Shown one piece after another: positions 51,473 to 61,762 of a DNA stretch of 64,000 nucleotides. Where the stretch lies: assembly GCA_001792535.1 (NCBI GenBank), contig MGGS01000018.1, positions 3,432 to 67,431 of the forward strand, read 5' to 3'. The notes below the pieces were generated by a model that saw nothing but the letters and a program-made list of their open reading frames with translations, was not told the DNA's origin and did no database searches. Position numbers and translations under genes: made by a program. The stretch comes from Candidatus Woesebacteria bacterium RIFCSPHIGHO2_02_FULL_42_20. GTDB lineage: Bacteria; Patescibacteriota; Microgenomatia; UBA8517. The stretch's first letter is position 1, and every line of letters begins with the position of its first letter.

Positions 51473-51771
51473 ATGTCATAATCTATTTTTTCAAACATTT
51501 CGTCTATCACCTTGTTAAATTCTGATGCTTCCTTCTCTGTCCAAAGTCCGCTGAATTCTGAGAGATCTTTTTCCATATCCTTTTTTTCTCCTTTTCTCAA
51601 TTTTTTAAATAATCCCTTTTGGAAAGTCTCATAGTCTATGTATATTCCTTCCGGTTTGTTATTTGAAAGAACAACAATCGGCACGCTGAGCCTTTTTGCT
51701 CTTTTGGCGACCTTCTTATAGCTCCTCTGCAACTCCGTCGCAGTGGTAGTATGCGGCATTAATATATTCAT
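51463..51771 (-). CDS. vapB: Phd/YefM-type antitoxin (VapB partner)
   Basis: ATELQRSYKKVAKRAKRLSVPIVVLSNNKPEGIYIDYETFQ; 10-nt overlap with vapC. Confidence 0.6.
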   Translation of the reverse strand: MNILMPHTTTATELQRSYKKVAKRAKRLSVPIVVLSNNKPEGIYIDYETFQKGLFKKLRKGEKKDMEKDLSEFSGLWTEKEASEFNKVIDEMFEKIDYDMWK

Positions 51772-51900
51772 ATTACCATCAGATTATCATACACATAAAA
51801 ATCGGTCAAGAAGCACAAAGTTTGATCAATAGGATACTCAATCTATCATACCCACTACCAAGAGACACTCCTATAATGGCAAGTTGTCGAGGAAATTTGG

Positions 51901-53115
51901 TTATTGGCCGGGGATGATGCGCTCAATGGTTATTACTGAATTTTCCTTTATTATTTCCTCCAAGAAAGACTCTAATATCTGTGTCAGTTGGGTCGCGTTC
52001 GTAAGGTTATAATAGCTGTTCGAATATTGGCTAAAAATCCCGACTGTTTTCGTAAATATCTCCTCTTCCTCATTATTTTTTGGGCTGTCCAGTACCGTTA
52101 CCGCATAAACTTTTACATTAGGGTCACGCACACCAAAGAAACTCCTGTTGCTTACTTCCGATAAGTATTGCGAACCAGAGTCGGCGATTCTGCACCTCAA
52201 ATAATCTCTTGCATCATCAAAACAGCCAGCGTTGCTGCCGTGGCAGTTTATATTGTTTGGGCAAAACGAGTCTTTGGTTTTAGAATTGGGAATTCCGTCT
52301 GTCACCAAAACTATAGCCTTACTTACGTCCTGATTGATATCGTTGAAATAATCCTCCGCTTTCCTCAAACCGGCACCAGTATTAGTATAATCCTCAACAA
52401 GACTTGGGCAACGGGTATCTTCGCGCCTAATATTAAGGTCAGTTTCCGGAGGATTTCCAAATCCGCTATGGGCTTCGTTATATAGCTTTTGAAAATTGGC
52501 CATTCCAGAAAGAGACTTGAGTTCTGCTCCCGAAGCATCTTTATACCAACTCGTCGTGTAACCATAGACAACGACACCAAGAGTAAAACGATCACTGTCC
52601 GGTAAATCCATTACCCCCTTAACAAATGACTTTACCGCCTCTCTTTGTTCATAAAATCTTGTTGTCTGACTGCCTTGCCTTGCTTTACTCCCCATACTCC
52701 CCGTGCAATCCATCACCAAAACAATTTCAATGTTCTCTGCGGTGGTAACAAATTCTCGCGGAATGGTCCTCTCGGCTTTAATCTTGCTCACCGCGTACGG
52801 CCTTTGAGTGGTCGCTACAATTGTTTGAACATCAGCATTGGTCGCAAAATCCACTATAAGGTGTGATCCGTCGATGAGATCTTTCTCGTAGTCGTCCAAG
52901 TCGCCAACATTTTCGTACCCCCCCACGATGCGGGCCAAGACATCATTTATTTCCGACTCGGCCGCGTATGTACTAAGAATGGTGTCCGCGGCAGAAAGAC
53001 TGCGGCGCAAAGAAAGTATTATTCTGGACTGAATCAGGGTAATGATAAAAATTGAAACAACGGACAGAAGCATTAAAAGAATTAGGGTTGTTATGCCCTC
53101 TTGGTTTTTTCTTAA
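51901..53115 (-). CDS. von Willebrand factor A domain protein with pilin-like N-terminal TM (putative pilus tip/adhesin)
   Basis: VLVMDCTGSMGS MIDAS motif; N-terminal ITTLILLMLLSVVSIFIITL. The ATG extension would overlap the upstream pilin gene, so the start is uncertain (possibly non-ATG). Confidence 0.55.
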   Translation of the reverse strand, partial: LRKNQEGITTLILLMLLSVVSIFIITLIQSRIILSLRRSLSAADTILSTYAAESEINDVLARIVGGYENVGDLDDYEKDLIDGSHLIVDFATNADVQTIVATTQRPYAVSKIKAERTIPREFVTTAENIEIVLVMDCTGSMGSKARQGSQTTRFYEQREAVKSFVKGVMDLPDSDRFTLGVVVYGYTTSWYKDASGAELKSLSGMANFQKLYNEAHSGFGNPPETDLNIRREDTRCPSLVEDYTNTGAGLRKAEDYFNDINQDVSKAIVLVTDGIPNSKTKDSFCPNNINCHGSNAGCFDDARDYLRCRIADSGSQYLSEVSNRSFFGVRDPNVKVYAVTVLDSPKNNEEEEIFTKTVGIFSQYSNSYYNLTNATQLTQILESFLEEIIKENSVITIERIIPGQ

Positions 53116-53116
53116 A

Positions 53117-53596
53117 CTAATCCCCTGTTTCAATTTTGGTCCTCCTTTGCGATACAACCAGACTAAGATGATCAGATGTGTTTGAAGACCTGACATCTTC
53201 CAAATCGAGTGAGATGTTAAGGCTCGACAGTGCTTCGCCACCCGTAACCGCTCTGGAATAATCTTTAATCGTAACATTCTTTACCAAAACGTCACCGGGC
53301 GTCAAAGCAGCGCCGTTTTTGTACACCTTACCGTCGCTCTCGAACTTGTAAACATTAGCGTCTGCTGTTATCGAATTGCTGTCAAAGTCAATTATCTTCG
53401 CCCAGCGGATATTGTTGGACAACTCAACCTGAATATCATTTTTTGTCTGATCCAAAGTTTGGGACTTTTTGACCTTTCCGCTGGTACCAAACAAGGTAAG
53501 AATCAAAGCACTAGCGCCAAGAAATATGAATGTCGTCATCAAAACTCCAATGATCAGTTCTATCAGCGTAAATCCGCCGCTCTTAGTTGTTCGCAT
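53117..53596 (-). CDS. type IV pilin-like protein (prepilin N-terminal methylation motif)
   Basis: KSGGFTLIELIIGVLM class III signal. Confidence 0.7.
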   Translation of the reverse strand: MRTTKSGGFTLIELIIGVLMTTFIFLGASALILTLFGTSGKVKKSQTLDQTKNDIQVELSNNIRWAKIIDFDSNSITADANVYKFESDGKVYKNGAALTPGDVLVKNVTIKDYSRAVTGGEALSSLNISLDLEDVRSSNTSDHLSLVVSQRRTKIETGD

Positions 53597-53599
53597 ATT

Positions 53600-54100
53600 T
53601 TAAAAATTTGCCACCAATAAACTTCCTCTAATTTCCTTGGCCTGTCCTTCCTCCATCCAGAATACAGCACTTTCAACAACCCTTGTACTTTGGTCTTCGT
53701 GCGAAACCGGGCTACAAGGGGCAAATCCCACATTAATTCCGGTCGAGATATTCCTGCAAATAGTCTTGATATTTACCGACCGGCTGAAAACGGTATCGAT
53801 ATTTTCATCTACACCGGTGGTCGGTACAAGCTCCCAAGCCACCGGGCTGAATGTCATATCAACGAAAACACTGTAGTCGCCGTCAGGATAACCGTCCCAA
53901 TCGGAAATCAGTACATTATAAGCAGACTCAATTCCTTCTTGTAAAACCAGGCTGGCACGGCCTTCATACTTTGACCTTTCGGACCGCCGAATAAGGAAAC
54001 CGACAATCGGCAGAATAGAAAACGCGATCATTGACAGAATCACGATAGAAATCAAAGCCTCCAAAAGAATAAATCCATTGCGCCTATAAGTTTTATTCAT
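53600..54100 (-). CDS. type IV pilin-like / pseudopilin protein
   Basis: RRNGFILLEALISIVIL. Confidence 0.65.
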   Translation of the reverse strand: MNKTYRRNGFILLEALISIVILSMIAFSILPIVGFLIRRSERSKYEGRASLVLQEGIESAYNVLISDWDGYPDGDYSVFVDMTFSPVAWELVPTTGVDENIDTVFSRSVNIKTICRNISTGINVGFAPCSPVSHEDQSTRVVESAVFWMEEGQAKEIRGSLLVANF

Positions 54101-54569
54101 TACTTACCTCCACAACCCCTGTATCGGCCACGGCAACACGGATAAGCCGGCCACCCGGACTAACTAAACTCACGCTTTGATCACCGGGATCAGAATTGTC
54201 TTTATCTTTGGCTCCGGTCCCCACTACAAACCAGATGAAAAAAGCATTCTCAAAAGTTGCGGGAGAATTTAGTACTAGCCTCTTGTCCACCTGCCAATCG
54301 GCAGGCTTGCCAAAAACTATTTCGTACGAACCATTTGCCTCACCCCTGACACCCCAGGCGCTTTCATTTTTGGCCTCTCTGGAAAACACATGCGCGGTAC
54401 GAAGCGAATCGGCAAAAGCTTCCGCAGAAGTCTCAAGCGCACGATTGGCTCTATACTTGGAAAAAGAAAGATAAAGCGTTGGGACCACCACTACCAAAAT
54501 GGCAATTACAACCAATATCTCGATAAGGGTCATGGCAGGTGAACTCTTTGACACAGGCAGGGATTTCAT
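54093..54569 (-). CDS. type IV pilin-like / pseudopilin protein
   Basis: SPAMTLIEILVVIAILVVV. Confidence 0.65.
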   Translation of the reverse strand: MKSLPVSKSSPAMTLIEILVVIAILVVVVPTLYLSFSKYRANRALETSAEAFADSLRTAHVFSREAKNESAWGVRGEANGSYEIVFGKPADWQVDKRLVLNSPATFENAFFIWFVVGTGAKDKDNSDPGDQSVSLVSPGGRLIRVAVADTGVVEVSNE

Positions 54570-54570
54570 T

Positions 54571-55023
54571 TTATTTAACCACCAAATTTAGGCTCCCAGT
54601 CTTAACATCCACTTTCCCCCCAACGGTTAAAACAACATTTTCGACGGGAATGGTAATTTCATAATTACCGGCGGCCAACGGACTCAGGTTCAAAGTCCCG
54701 ATTTTGACGGTGCCACGGAATGGCTTTTCATAAACAAAAAAGTCGGGTCTAAAAATAACACCCCCCACCACTGGCAAATCAACCTTCAAATAATTAAGGG
54801 GCGTCACCTCCGACTCAAAAGAAGCCATTAAATCGACTTCAACCGGCTGAGTAGTACTTGCAATTATTCTGGAGGGCGTTAACCAGACATTTAACTTAAG
54901 CTCATTTTCCGCCCTTGTCAAAAATGTCAGTGTGTCCGGTTTACTAATCAAAGTAAGCATAAAGGGGAGAACCAAAGCCAACCCAAAAATGGGTAAAAAC
55001 TTTTTAAGAGTAGCGCGTAGCAT
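54571..55023 (-). CDS. pilus-cluster hypothetical membrane-anchored protein
   Basis: N-terminal TM, co-oriented with and abutting the pilin genes. Confidence 0.3.
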   Translation of the reverse strand: MLRATLKKFLPIFGLALVLPFMLTLISKPDTLTFLTRAENELKLNVWLTPSRIIASTTQPVEVDLMASFESEVTPLNYLKVDLPVVGGVIFRPDFFVYEKPFRGTVKIGTLNLSPLAAGNYEITIPVENVVLTVGGKVDVKTGSLNLVVK

Positions 55024-55034
55024 AATTTAATATA

Positions 55035-55505
55035 TCAAACTTTGACGGTAATTGTGACAACCGGGTCACCGGCGGCTTTTTTAATCTCAACTTCTATCTT
55101 TTTTCCCGCCGATGCGCCAGCAAGCTTGTTAAAGACATTATTATTAGTCTTCGTTACGACAAACGAAGTAACACTCATGCCACGCGACCTTATTTTGTTT
55201 TTGTACCAATCTGTCACTTTTTCGGGATCGTCCCCGGTAGTCAACACGGTAACAGAACCACTGACCGAAACCGTTTGCGATCCGGGATAGTGATAGCTAC
55301 CGGAGGAATCCGGACTGACAAGTTGCTGTGTTGGCACGGGAGTATGGGGTTTAGGCGACGCCGTCGGGATCGGAACAACTGTTTCAACCGGCGTTGCTTT
55401 GATAGACAGCACCTGCTCTTGCGACACGTCAGGTTTACTTACCCGGGTATAAAACACCCCGGCCAAAACCAATATCACCGCACCGATTGTTATTAAAACA
55501 TGCAT
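55035..55505 (-). CDS. hypothetical membrane-anchored Thr/Val-rich protein
   Basis: N-terminal TM plus PT-rich linker. Confidence 0.3.
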   Translation of the reverse strand: MHVLITIGAVILVLAGVFYTRVSKPDVSQEQVLSIKATPVETVVPIPTASPKPHTPVPTQQLVSPDSSGSYHYPGSQTVSVSGSVTVLTTGDDPEKVTDWYKNKIRSRGMSVTSFVVTKTNNNVFNKLAGASAGKKIEVEIKKAAGDPVVTITVKV

Positions 55506-55602
55506 TCTCTAATGCCTTTATACCAAAAATACTCGATTTTTCAAAATTAAAATAACTTTTTTGGTTCAAAGCAGTTTACTGATTTATACCAGAAATTTTC
55601 GT

Positions 55603-56580
55603 CTAAGCAAATCCTCGTGGATTATTTTTGTGCCACTTATACGCTGTTTCGACAATTTCCTCCAAGCCATATTTTGGCTTCCACCCGAGCTCTTTTTTGA
55701 TTTTACTGCTACTTGCAACCAACTGTACAGGATCTCCAAGCCTTCTTGGCCCAACTTCATATCTGACTTTTTTCCCTACTACCTTTTCAACCTCACTGAT
55801 CACCTCAAATACCGAGTAACCGCTTCCACTCCCAAGGTTATAAACCATGCTTTTTTTAGTCAGCGACCTCAAAGACAAAATATGCGCAGTTGCAAGGTCA
55901 GACACATGAATATAATCGCGGATACAGCTACCATCTCGGGTTTTATAATCATTGCCGAAAACAAGCACTTTATCCCTTCTTCCAAGAGCAGTTGAAATAA
56001 CAATCGGAATCAAATGGGTTTCGGGTTTGTGGTCTTCCCCCCGCTCTCCGCTCGGCGAGGCGCCGGCGGCATTAAAGTAACGGAGACTTGTATATCTAAA
56101 TCCGAAAATTCTATCCAGCCAATATAAATATCTTTCGATAATGTGCTTACTTTCTCCGTAAGGACTGCCGGGTATAATCGCCGCAGATTCGTCGATGGGA
56201 ATTGTCTTTGGCTCATCGAAAAGATTTGCCGTTGAAGAAAGAATAAACTTATTAACATTATTTTTAATCATTACGGCCAGCAAATTGAGAGCATTTATCA
56301 CGTTATTTCCCAAATACAAAAACGGGTCCTGCATCGATTCCCCCACCAAAGAGCGCGCCGCAAAATGCAGTACTCCGTCAAACTTGTGCTCGTTAAAAAC
56401 TTGCTCGATGGCTTTTTTATTTGCCAAATCACCTTTGATAAATACTGCTTCTTTGGGAACAGCCTCAATGTGCCCTAAGCTCAAGTTATCGAAAACAACA
56501 ACTTCAAAGCCATTTTTAACCAGCTCTTCCACACAGTGGCTGCCAACATATCCCGCTCCGCCTGTAACCAATACTTTCAT
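55603..56580 (-). CDS. galE: UDP-glucose 4-epimerase
   Basis: [15 protein letters not shown]...; YxxxK; start set at MKVLVTGG. Confidence 0.85.
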   Translation of the reverse strand: MKVLVTGGAGYVGSHCVEELVKNGFEVVVFDNLSLGHIEAVPKEAVFIKGDLANKKAIEQVFNEHKFDGVLHFAARSLVGESMQDPFLYLGNNVINALNLLAVMIKNNVNKFILSSTANLFDEPKTIPIDESAAIIPGSPYGESKHIIERYLYWLDRIFGFRYTSLRYFNAAGASPSGERGEDHKPETHLIPIVISTALGRRDKVLVFGNDYKTRDGSCIRDYIHVSDLATAHILSLRSLTKKSMVYNLGSGSGYSVFEVISEVEKVVGKKVRYEVGPRRLGDPVQLVASSSKIKKELGWKPKYGLEEIVETAYKWHKNNPRGFA

Positions 56581-56996
56581 ATCAAATTTAATACTCTCGC
56601 CAGCTTTTTTATTTGTCCGCCCGTTCTGGGTAATACTGACCACAAAATATATACCGCAATAAGTGCACCCAACGTATCAAAGACAATATCTCTTATAGTA
56701 GGTTGCCTGCCGGCTGTAAAAGATTGGTGCAATTCGTCAAAACCACCGTATAGTATTGTTAAGAAAATAGAAAGTTTGACAGAACTCATTTTATTTACAC
56801 CATTCCCCAGCAAAGCTCTATAAAGTAACGCGGCCAAAGTTCCAAAAAAAGCTACGTGTAAAAATTTCTTGAAGAAAAAATCCTGCCAATGGACTTCGGA
56901 TACGGCTCCTGTCGGCCGAGACGAAAACCAAAATATGACGGACGCCCAAAAAATCACCGGCCCCAAAAAAAACAAAAATTTTCTAAACTTTTCCAA
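56577..56996 (-). CDS. VanZ-like membrane protein
   Basis: [28 protein letters not shown] matches the VanZ family core. Confidence 0.55.
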   Translation of the reverse strand: MEKFRKFLFFLGPVIFWASVIFWFSSRPTGAVSEVHWQDFFFKKFLHVAFFGTLAALLYRALLGNGVNKMSSVKLSIFLTILYGGFDELHQSFTAGRQPTIRDIVFDTLGALIAVYILWSVLPRTGGQIKKLARVLNLI

Positions 56997-57038
56997 TGTG
57001 GATTTATTATATTACAAATTTCAGTTAAAATTCTTTTA

Positions 57039-57503
57039 ATGCATACCGATCAACAGGCCAACAGTCCCGACGTCATTAAAGACATACATCTAAAGGTTGT
57101 AAGAGCCGTGAAAGATGCAGCGTTAAAAGAAATTGCAGAGGAAGATCGTCCACGCAACCGGACAATTGGACCTGCCTTGGATGCCTTCAGACGTTTCCAT
57201 GTCTCAGATCTTACTCTTGGACATCAGCTAACAAGGCTTGCACGCGAAGCTGAGGCCGCCTCCAAACCACTCATTAGCGACACCAGAGACGAGGAAATGG
57301 CATACAGACAGGCAGTTAGAGAAGAAGTTTACCCACAATTGGACGACAAATTAAAAGCTGCATTAGCTAAAGAAGCTCAAAAAGATAAAGAGAGAATGAC
57401 TCAAGCTACAATGAGTGGTGGCTTTGCATTTGGAATTGAGTCTCTACCCGACAGATTGCTATCCAATCTACTATTGGTAGTATCGGAAAGTCTAAAAGGC
57501 TAG
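57039..57503 (+). CDS. hypothetical protein
   Basis: Start moved to the internal Met (MHTDQQ) to avoid antisense overlap; no motifs. Confidence 0.3.
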   Translation: MHTDQQANSPDVIKDIHLKVVRAVKDAALKEIAEEDRPRNRTIGPALDAFRRFHVSDLTLGHQLTRLAREAEAASKPLISDTRDEEMAYRQAVREEVYPQLDDKLKAALAKEAQKDKERMTQATMSGGFAFGIESLPDRLLSNLLLVVSESLKG

Positions 57504-58369
57504 TTTGTTTTATTACTTTGGCTATCAATGAATTCTTTTATCAAGGCTCTTCGTTTAAACAAACTAACACCTGAAAATCCAACTAATCCAAGCCCAACAA
57601 GTACTGGTAAAATTGCCACGACCGGAAAAGAGTTTTGTTCATCACTTACTCCGGCAACTTCACCAATAGGTGAGGGAGAGGAAGTTTCAAACACGACTGA
57701 AGCAACTTCATCTTCCTGGTTTGTCTCTTCGGTTTCGCTAGTCTTAGGAGTAGAAGTAGCTTTAAGAGTAGATTTTGGAGTTACTATTGGAGTTGCCGTC
57801 GGTTTTTGAGTCGGAGGCGGGGTCGGAAACTTCGTCGGAGTAGATGTGGGTTTCGGTGTTGCTGTTGGGGTTGGATCAGGGGTTGGAGTGGAGCAGAGTA
57901 CCTCACTTGAACTTGAATTACTAGCAGCTTTTGTACTTGATGAAAATCTCACAAAGTTTCCTGACCCGTCAGGACTTCTTCCTATAGACTGGCCTGATTC
58001 GGCCGCACAAATTCCGCCCTCATCTCCGTAAGAAACTGTATTGATTTCTTCATTGCTGGAAATAAGAATCAATTTTATTTCGTCACCATCATTGTTTAAT
58101 CTATTTGACCAGTCAAAAGCTGCAAATCCTCCGGGGTCAATAATACTTGATAAGATCTTCTCATTATCGGCTGCATCAACCAGTTTATAAAGCGACAAAT
58201 CATGGGGTAGCGGTGACTCCTGCGGTAGAACGTGGATCTCTACCCAGTCGTCACTTGAGGAACCCGAACTAAACTCATTTATCACAACTTGTGAATAAAC
58301 CTCTCGAGAATAGAGAATTAGACAAAGTATAAATACATAAATTGATAAACCAATTTTTAAAATTCTCAT
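57500..58369 (-). CDS. secreted lamin-tail-domain (LTD) protein with PT-rich linker and C-terminal TM anchor
   Basis: Signal peptide; VVINEFSSGSSSDDWVEIHV LTD-like start; TPTPDPTPTATPKPTSTPT linker; C-terminal hydrophobic stretch plus KRR. Confidence 0.45.
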   Translation of the reverse strand: MRILKIGLSIYVFILCLILYSREVYSQVVINEFSSGSSSDDWVEIHVLPQESPLPHDLSLYKLVDAADNEKILSSIIDPGGFAAFDWSNRLNNDGDEIKLILISSNEEINTVSYGDEGGICAAESGQSIGRSPDGSGNFVRFSSSTKAASNSSSSEVLCSTPTPDPTPTATPKPTSTPTKFPTPPPTQKPTATPIVTPKSTLKATSTPKTSETEETNQEDEVASVVFETSSPSPIGEVAGVSDEQNSFPVVAILPVLVGLGLVGFSGVSLFKRRALIKEFIDSQSNKTN

Positions 58370-58397
58370 TACTCCCTATTATTCCCTTCATCCCTAC

Positions 58398-58433
58398 TGT
58401 ATCGATGTATCAATACATTGATACATCGATACA
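58398..58433. promoter_or_regulatory. 36-nt near-perfect palindrome (17-bp arms, 2-nt centre) upstream of the LTD gene
   Basis: tgtatcgatgtatcaat-ac-attgatacatcgataca; no flanking U-run. Confidence 0.35.
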
Positions 58434-58494
58434 TCACAACAAATATTTACATTTATTTCACATATCATTATACGTTTGCAAATCTAAATTTTTT

Positions 58495-59658
58495 TCAATA
58501 GTTTACGTGTAAGTAATAAGCATCAAGGCCGTCGTTTTGCTTTACGTGAACGTATCTTAAACTTCCCCCCCTGCAACCGATGGACCCTCGATAAAGCGTC
58601 CCCGCAACCGCCGCTTTGACGGCGTTGTCTCCATTATTATTGACCATATCAATCCCCGTATGTGGAGCGCCGCCATAATAATTGAGGGCTGCCGCGTAAT
58701 GCGTCATACCATAGCCTTGGGTAATTCTTACAGGATCGTTAATCGGCCAAGGCCAACTACCAGAAAATGAAAATGGTCCATCAGGTTTATTATCCCAACA
58801 AGGTACACCCAGAGAACACTCATTAGACAGACTCTTTGTAGAAAGATAGTTCGCCGGATTTTGATGTAATTGATCTTTTACAACCTCAAAATGCAGGTGC
58901 CCTCCACTCGAACAAACAGACGCACCGGGGATAATGGTCGCTATTCGCTCACCCACCCCCACGGCTCCCGCTTCGACTTCGCTTCCTTTGCCGGCAATAA
59001 TTGCCTGAATCGCTTGAATCTCTGCCAGGGCCCGCACTAAAAGCTGTTGGTATTTCTTCTCGTCATTACGGGTAATTTCGAGTAAATTTGCCTTTGCTCT
59101 TCTTTGGCGGTCAAGTTCTTGTTTTTGACTTTCAAGCCTAATTTGCAAGTCCTCCTGCTCGGTTTTTTCGATCTTGTAATTGTTTTGAGCGGATTGAAGC
59201 TTAAGCATTAAGCCACGATCGGCTTCCTGCGCACGTTTCAAATAAAAAAATCTTGAAACGGCGTTTTCCAAATCAGACGCGGTAAACAAAATATCGATAT
59301 CTGTGCCCAACCTGGCCATTTTATAAGTCTCAATGGCTCTTGTCTCAAAAGCGGCGGCCAAACTTTGCAAGGAAGTCTCAAGCTCATCAATTCGCCCCCC
59401 CAGAAGCATAATTTCTTCTTCGGTTTTTTCGATCTCAAGCACCGTCAGCGAAATTTGGGTATCGAAATGTTTAACTTGATTGGAAAGGGTATTTGCCTCG
59501 TTTTTAAGTCTGCTTATCTCATTTTGATATTCTTCTATTTGTTTATTGAGTTGTAACAACCTGTCCTCATCCGCCAGAACAAAAGTTAGGCTAAAGTGCA
59601 TTACAAGAGATAAAGTAACAAAAAGAAGAAGACCAATTTTGTTTAACACTCTTTTCAT
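58495..59658 (-). CDS. M23/LytM-family peptidase with N-terminal coiled coil (EnvC-like)
   Basis: Long coiled coil followed by a HTGIDMV...LHVNY M23 domain; downstream of ftsEX. Confidence 0.8.
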   Translation of the reverse strand: MKRVLNKIGLLLFVTLSLVMHFSLTFVLADEDRLLQLNKQIEEYQNEISRLKNEANTLSNQVKHFDTQISLTVLEIEKTEEEIMLLGGRIDELETSLQSLAAAFETRAIETYKMARLGTDIDILFTASDLENAVSRFFYLKRAQEADRGLMLKLQSAQNNYKIEKTEQEDLQIRLESQKQELDRQRRAKANLLEITRNDEKKYQQLLVRALAEIQAIQAIIAGKGSEVEAGAVGVGERIATIIPGASVCSSGGHLHFEVVKDQLHQNPANYLSTKSLSNECSLGVPCWDNKPDGPFSFSGSWPWPINDPVRITQGYGMTHYAAALNYYGGAPHTGIDMVNNNGDNAVKAAVAGTLYRGSIGCRGGSLRYVHVKQNDGLDAYYLHVNY

Positions 59659-60569
59659 TTTCCTTTACTGACCCTCGTCAGAGCCAGGAAGCTGCCTACA
59701 AACGCTATGGCAACCCCAAATAAAGCTTCTAAAGCCAAAAGGGCTCCAAGCATCCCGAAAAAATAACCGGGGTCGCGCGGCAAAACGGGAATATCCTGAA
59801 AGTAACTAATTATATAAGGGCTCACATACATTAAGACCACCGAACCTGCCAGCCAGCCAAAAAATGCGCCGACAACCCCGTAAAAGATAGCTTCAAACAG
59901 GACCGGCAGTCTAATAAAACCCGAGGTCGCACCGATCAGTTTTAATATGTCGACCTCTTCTTTTCTCATTGAAACCCGCATACCTATAACCACAAAAAGC
60001 ACCATAAACGAAGTGGCAAGAAGTACAGATACCACAATCGCTCCGCCAACTCGCACATTTGCCGTAATCGTTTTCAGTTGGTCTACTACATCTCCCAAAG
60101 TGGACTCCCCACCCAGGCTGGCAGTTATACCCACGCTTTCAACATTTTCGTTTCTTTTGACCTCATCAATAATATCCTTTGCAAGCGAAAGATCAGTTAC
60201 CGAAAACTCAACGCTTGCAGGGAAAATATCAGGACTCAATAATTCACTCAAGAGCGGGTTATCGGAGGTTGCCTTTTTGTAAATCTCCAGAGCTTCTTCT
60301 TTTGTAACAAACTTAACACCCTTTACTTTTATATTTGAACTTAAGTCTTTAATCAGGTCCGCAATGCCGGCGTCATCGGACTCGTCTTTTAAAAAGGCAA
60401 TAATCTGGGGCCGTGTCTCAAAGTAATTAATCAGCTGACTGCTTGCGTAAACTAAAAAAACTATCAAGGTTGTGACAAAAAAAGTCAGGGCCAGCACGGA
60501 AATTGCTGCAACTGCCTGGAACGGTGACCGCCGGACGTTTCTCATACTGGTGCGTAAATGATTTAACAT
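59655..60569 (-). CDS. ftsX: cell-division ABC transporter permease FtsX
   Basis: Four TM helices with a large periplasmic loop; follows ftsE. Confidence 0.8.
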   Translation of the reverse strand: MLNHLRTSMRNVRRSPFQAVAAISVLALTFFVTTLIVFLVYASSQLINYFETRPQIIAFLKDESDDAGIADLIKDLSSNIKVKGVKFVTKEEALEIYKKATSDNPLLSELLSPDIFPASVEFSVTDLSLAKDIIDEVKRNENVESVGITASLGGESTLGDVVDQLKTITANVRVGGAIVVSVLLATSFMVLFVVIGMRVSMRKEEVDILKLIGATSGFIRLPVLFEAIFYGVVGAFFGWLAGSVVLMYVSPYIISYFQDIPVLPRDPGYFFGMLGALLALEALFGVAIAFVGSFLALTRVSKGK

Positions 60570-61229
60570 CTATTGGGCAATTGCTCCTTTCTCCAGTCTA
60601 ATAGTTCTTTTTTTGAGCCTATATACTATTCCTTCGTGGTGTGTAGCAAGCATCACGGTTTTCCCTTCATTATTTATATTAGACAAAAGATCCACAATGT
60701 TTTGCGCCGTATCCCAGTCAAGATTCCCCGTAGGTTCATCGGCAAGCAAAATTTTTGGGTTGACAACAAGCGCCCTTGCTATCGCAACTCTTTGGACTTC
60801 ACCGCCTGAAAGTTGTTGCGGGAAAAGCTCCGACCGGTCACCTAGCCCCACAAGCTCAAGGACTTCGTTTACTCGCTTCTTCCAATCTCGCTTGGCCACG
60901 CCAATTACCGCCAAGGCCACTTCAATATTTTCCCTTGCTGTTCGCTCATGCAATACTTTGAAGTCTTGGAAAACATAGCCGATTTTTTGCCTTAGATACG
61001 GTATGTTTTTTCTTTTGATCTTGGTTATCTCTTGACCGTCGAAAAATACTCTTCCTGACGAAGCCTTAATATCGCCAATAAGCAGGTTCAAAATTGTCGT
61101 CTTGCCCGCGCCAGATGGCCCGGTCAAAAACACAAATTCACCCTCCTCAACTTCAAAAGATATCTCATCAAGAGCAATAATCTTCCCAAATCTTTTGGAC
61201 ACTTTTTCAAACCTTACAATGGCGGACAT
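60570..61229 (-). CDS. ftsE: cell-division ABC transporter ATPase FtsE
   Basis: GPSGAGKTT Walker A; LSGGEVQRVAIARAL signature; LLADEPTGNLD Walker B. Confidence 0.9.
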   Translation of the reverse strand: MSAIVRFEKVSKRFGKIIALDEISFEVEEGEFVFLTGPSGAGKTTILNLLIGDIKASSGRVFFDGQEITKIKRKNIPYLRQKIGYVFQDFKVLHERTARENIEVALAVIGVAKRDWKKRVNEVLELVGLGDRSELFPQQLSGGEVQRVAIARALVVNPKILLADEPTGNLDWDTAQNIVDLLSNINNEGKTVMLATHHEGIVYRLKKRTIRLEKGAIAQ

Positions 61230-61273
61230 TATTCTCTAGCTTAACAAATATTGGATATATACGCCAGCAAAAA

Positions 61274-61750
61274 TTACTGAAGAACCTTGATTTTGCCCAC
61301 ATCCATTAGCCAGCCGGCATTTTTGGCGGCAATTGTCTGACCCCAAACTTGGACTTTTTTGTCGACAAAGTTATCCAAATTGATCACCGTCGAAGTCAAA
61401 TAAACATGTTTTTCCTCACCCAAGCCGCGGTCCAAATGATGTGTCCCCTCGCCTCTAATTCCCCCGTCTCTAAGTTCTCCTTCGGCGGTGTCCGGAAAAG
61501 CTTCCTCATCTTGTATACCAGCTTCCATGTCGCTTGGTTTACCTCCTGTTTGAGCCACATTTTCGGTCCTTTCGCCAAGCGCTGCACCCGGTCGGCCTGC
61601 CAGTAGCCACCCGGTACCGGTACCCAGAAACAACACAGTAACGGACATCAACAGGGGTGCAAAAACTCCGGAAAGTCTGGGCTTTTCCTTGGGGAATTTT
61701 TTGACAACAGGGAACTCAGGCGACTTCACTTGAACGACTGACTCCGACAT
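61274..61750 (-). CDS. hypothetical membrane-anchored protein
   Basis: N-terminal TM; no motifs. Confidence 0.3.
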   Translation of the reverse strand: MSESVVQVKSPEFPVVKKFPKEKPRLSGVFAPLLMSVTVLFLGTGTGWLLAGRPGAALGERTENVAQTGGKPSDMEAGIQDEEAFPDTAEGELRDGGIRGEGTHHLDRGLGEEKHVYLTSTVINLDNFVDKKVQVWGQTIAAKNAGWLMDVGKIKVLQ

Positions 61751-61762
61751 TGTTTTAATATA

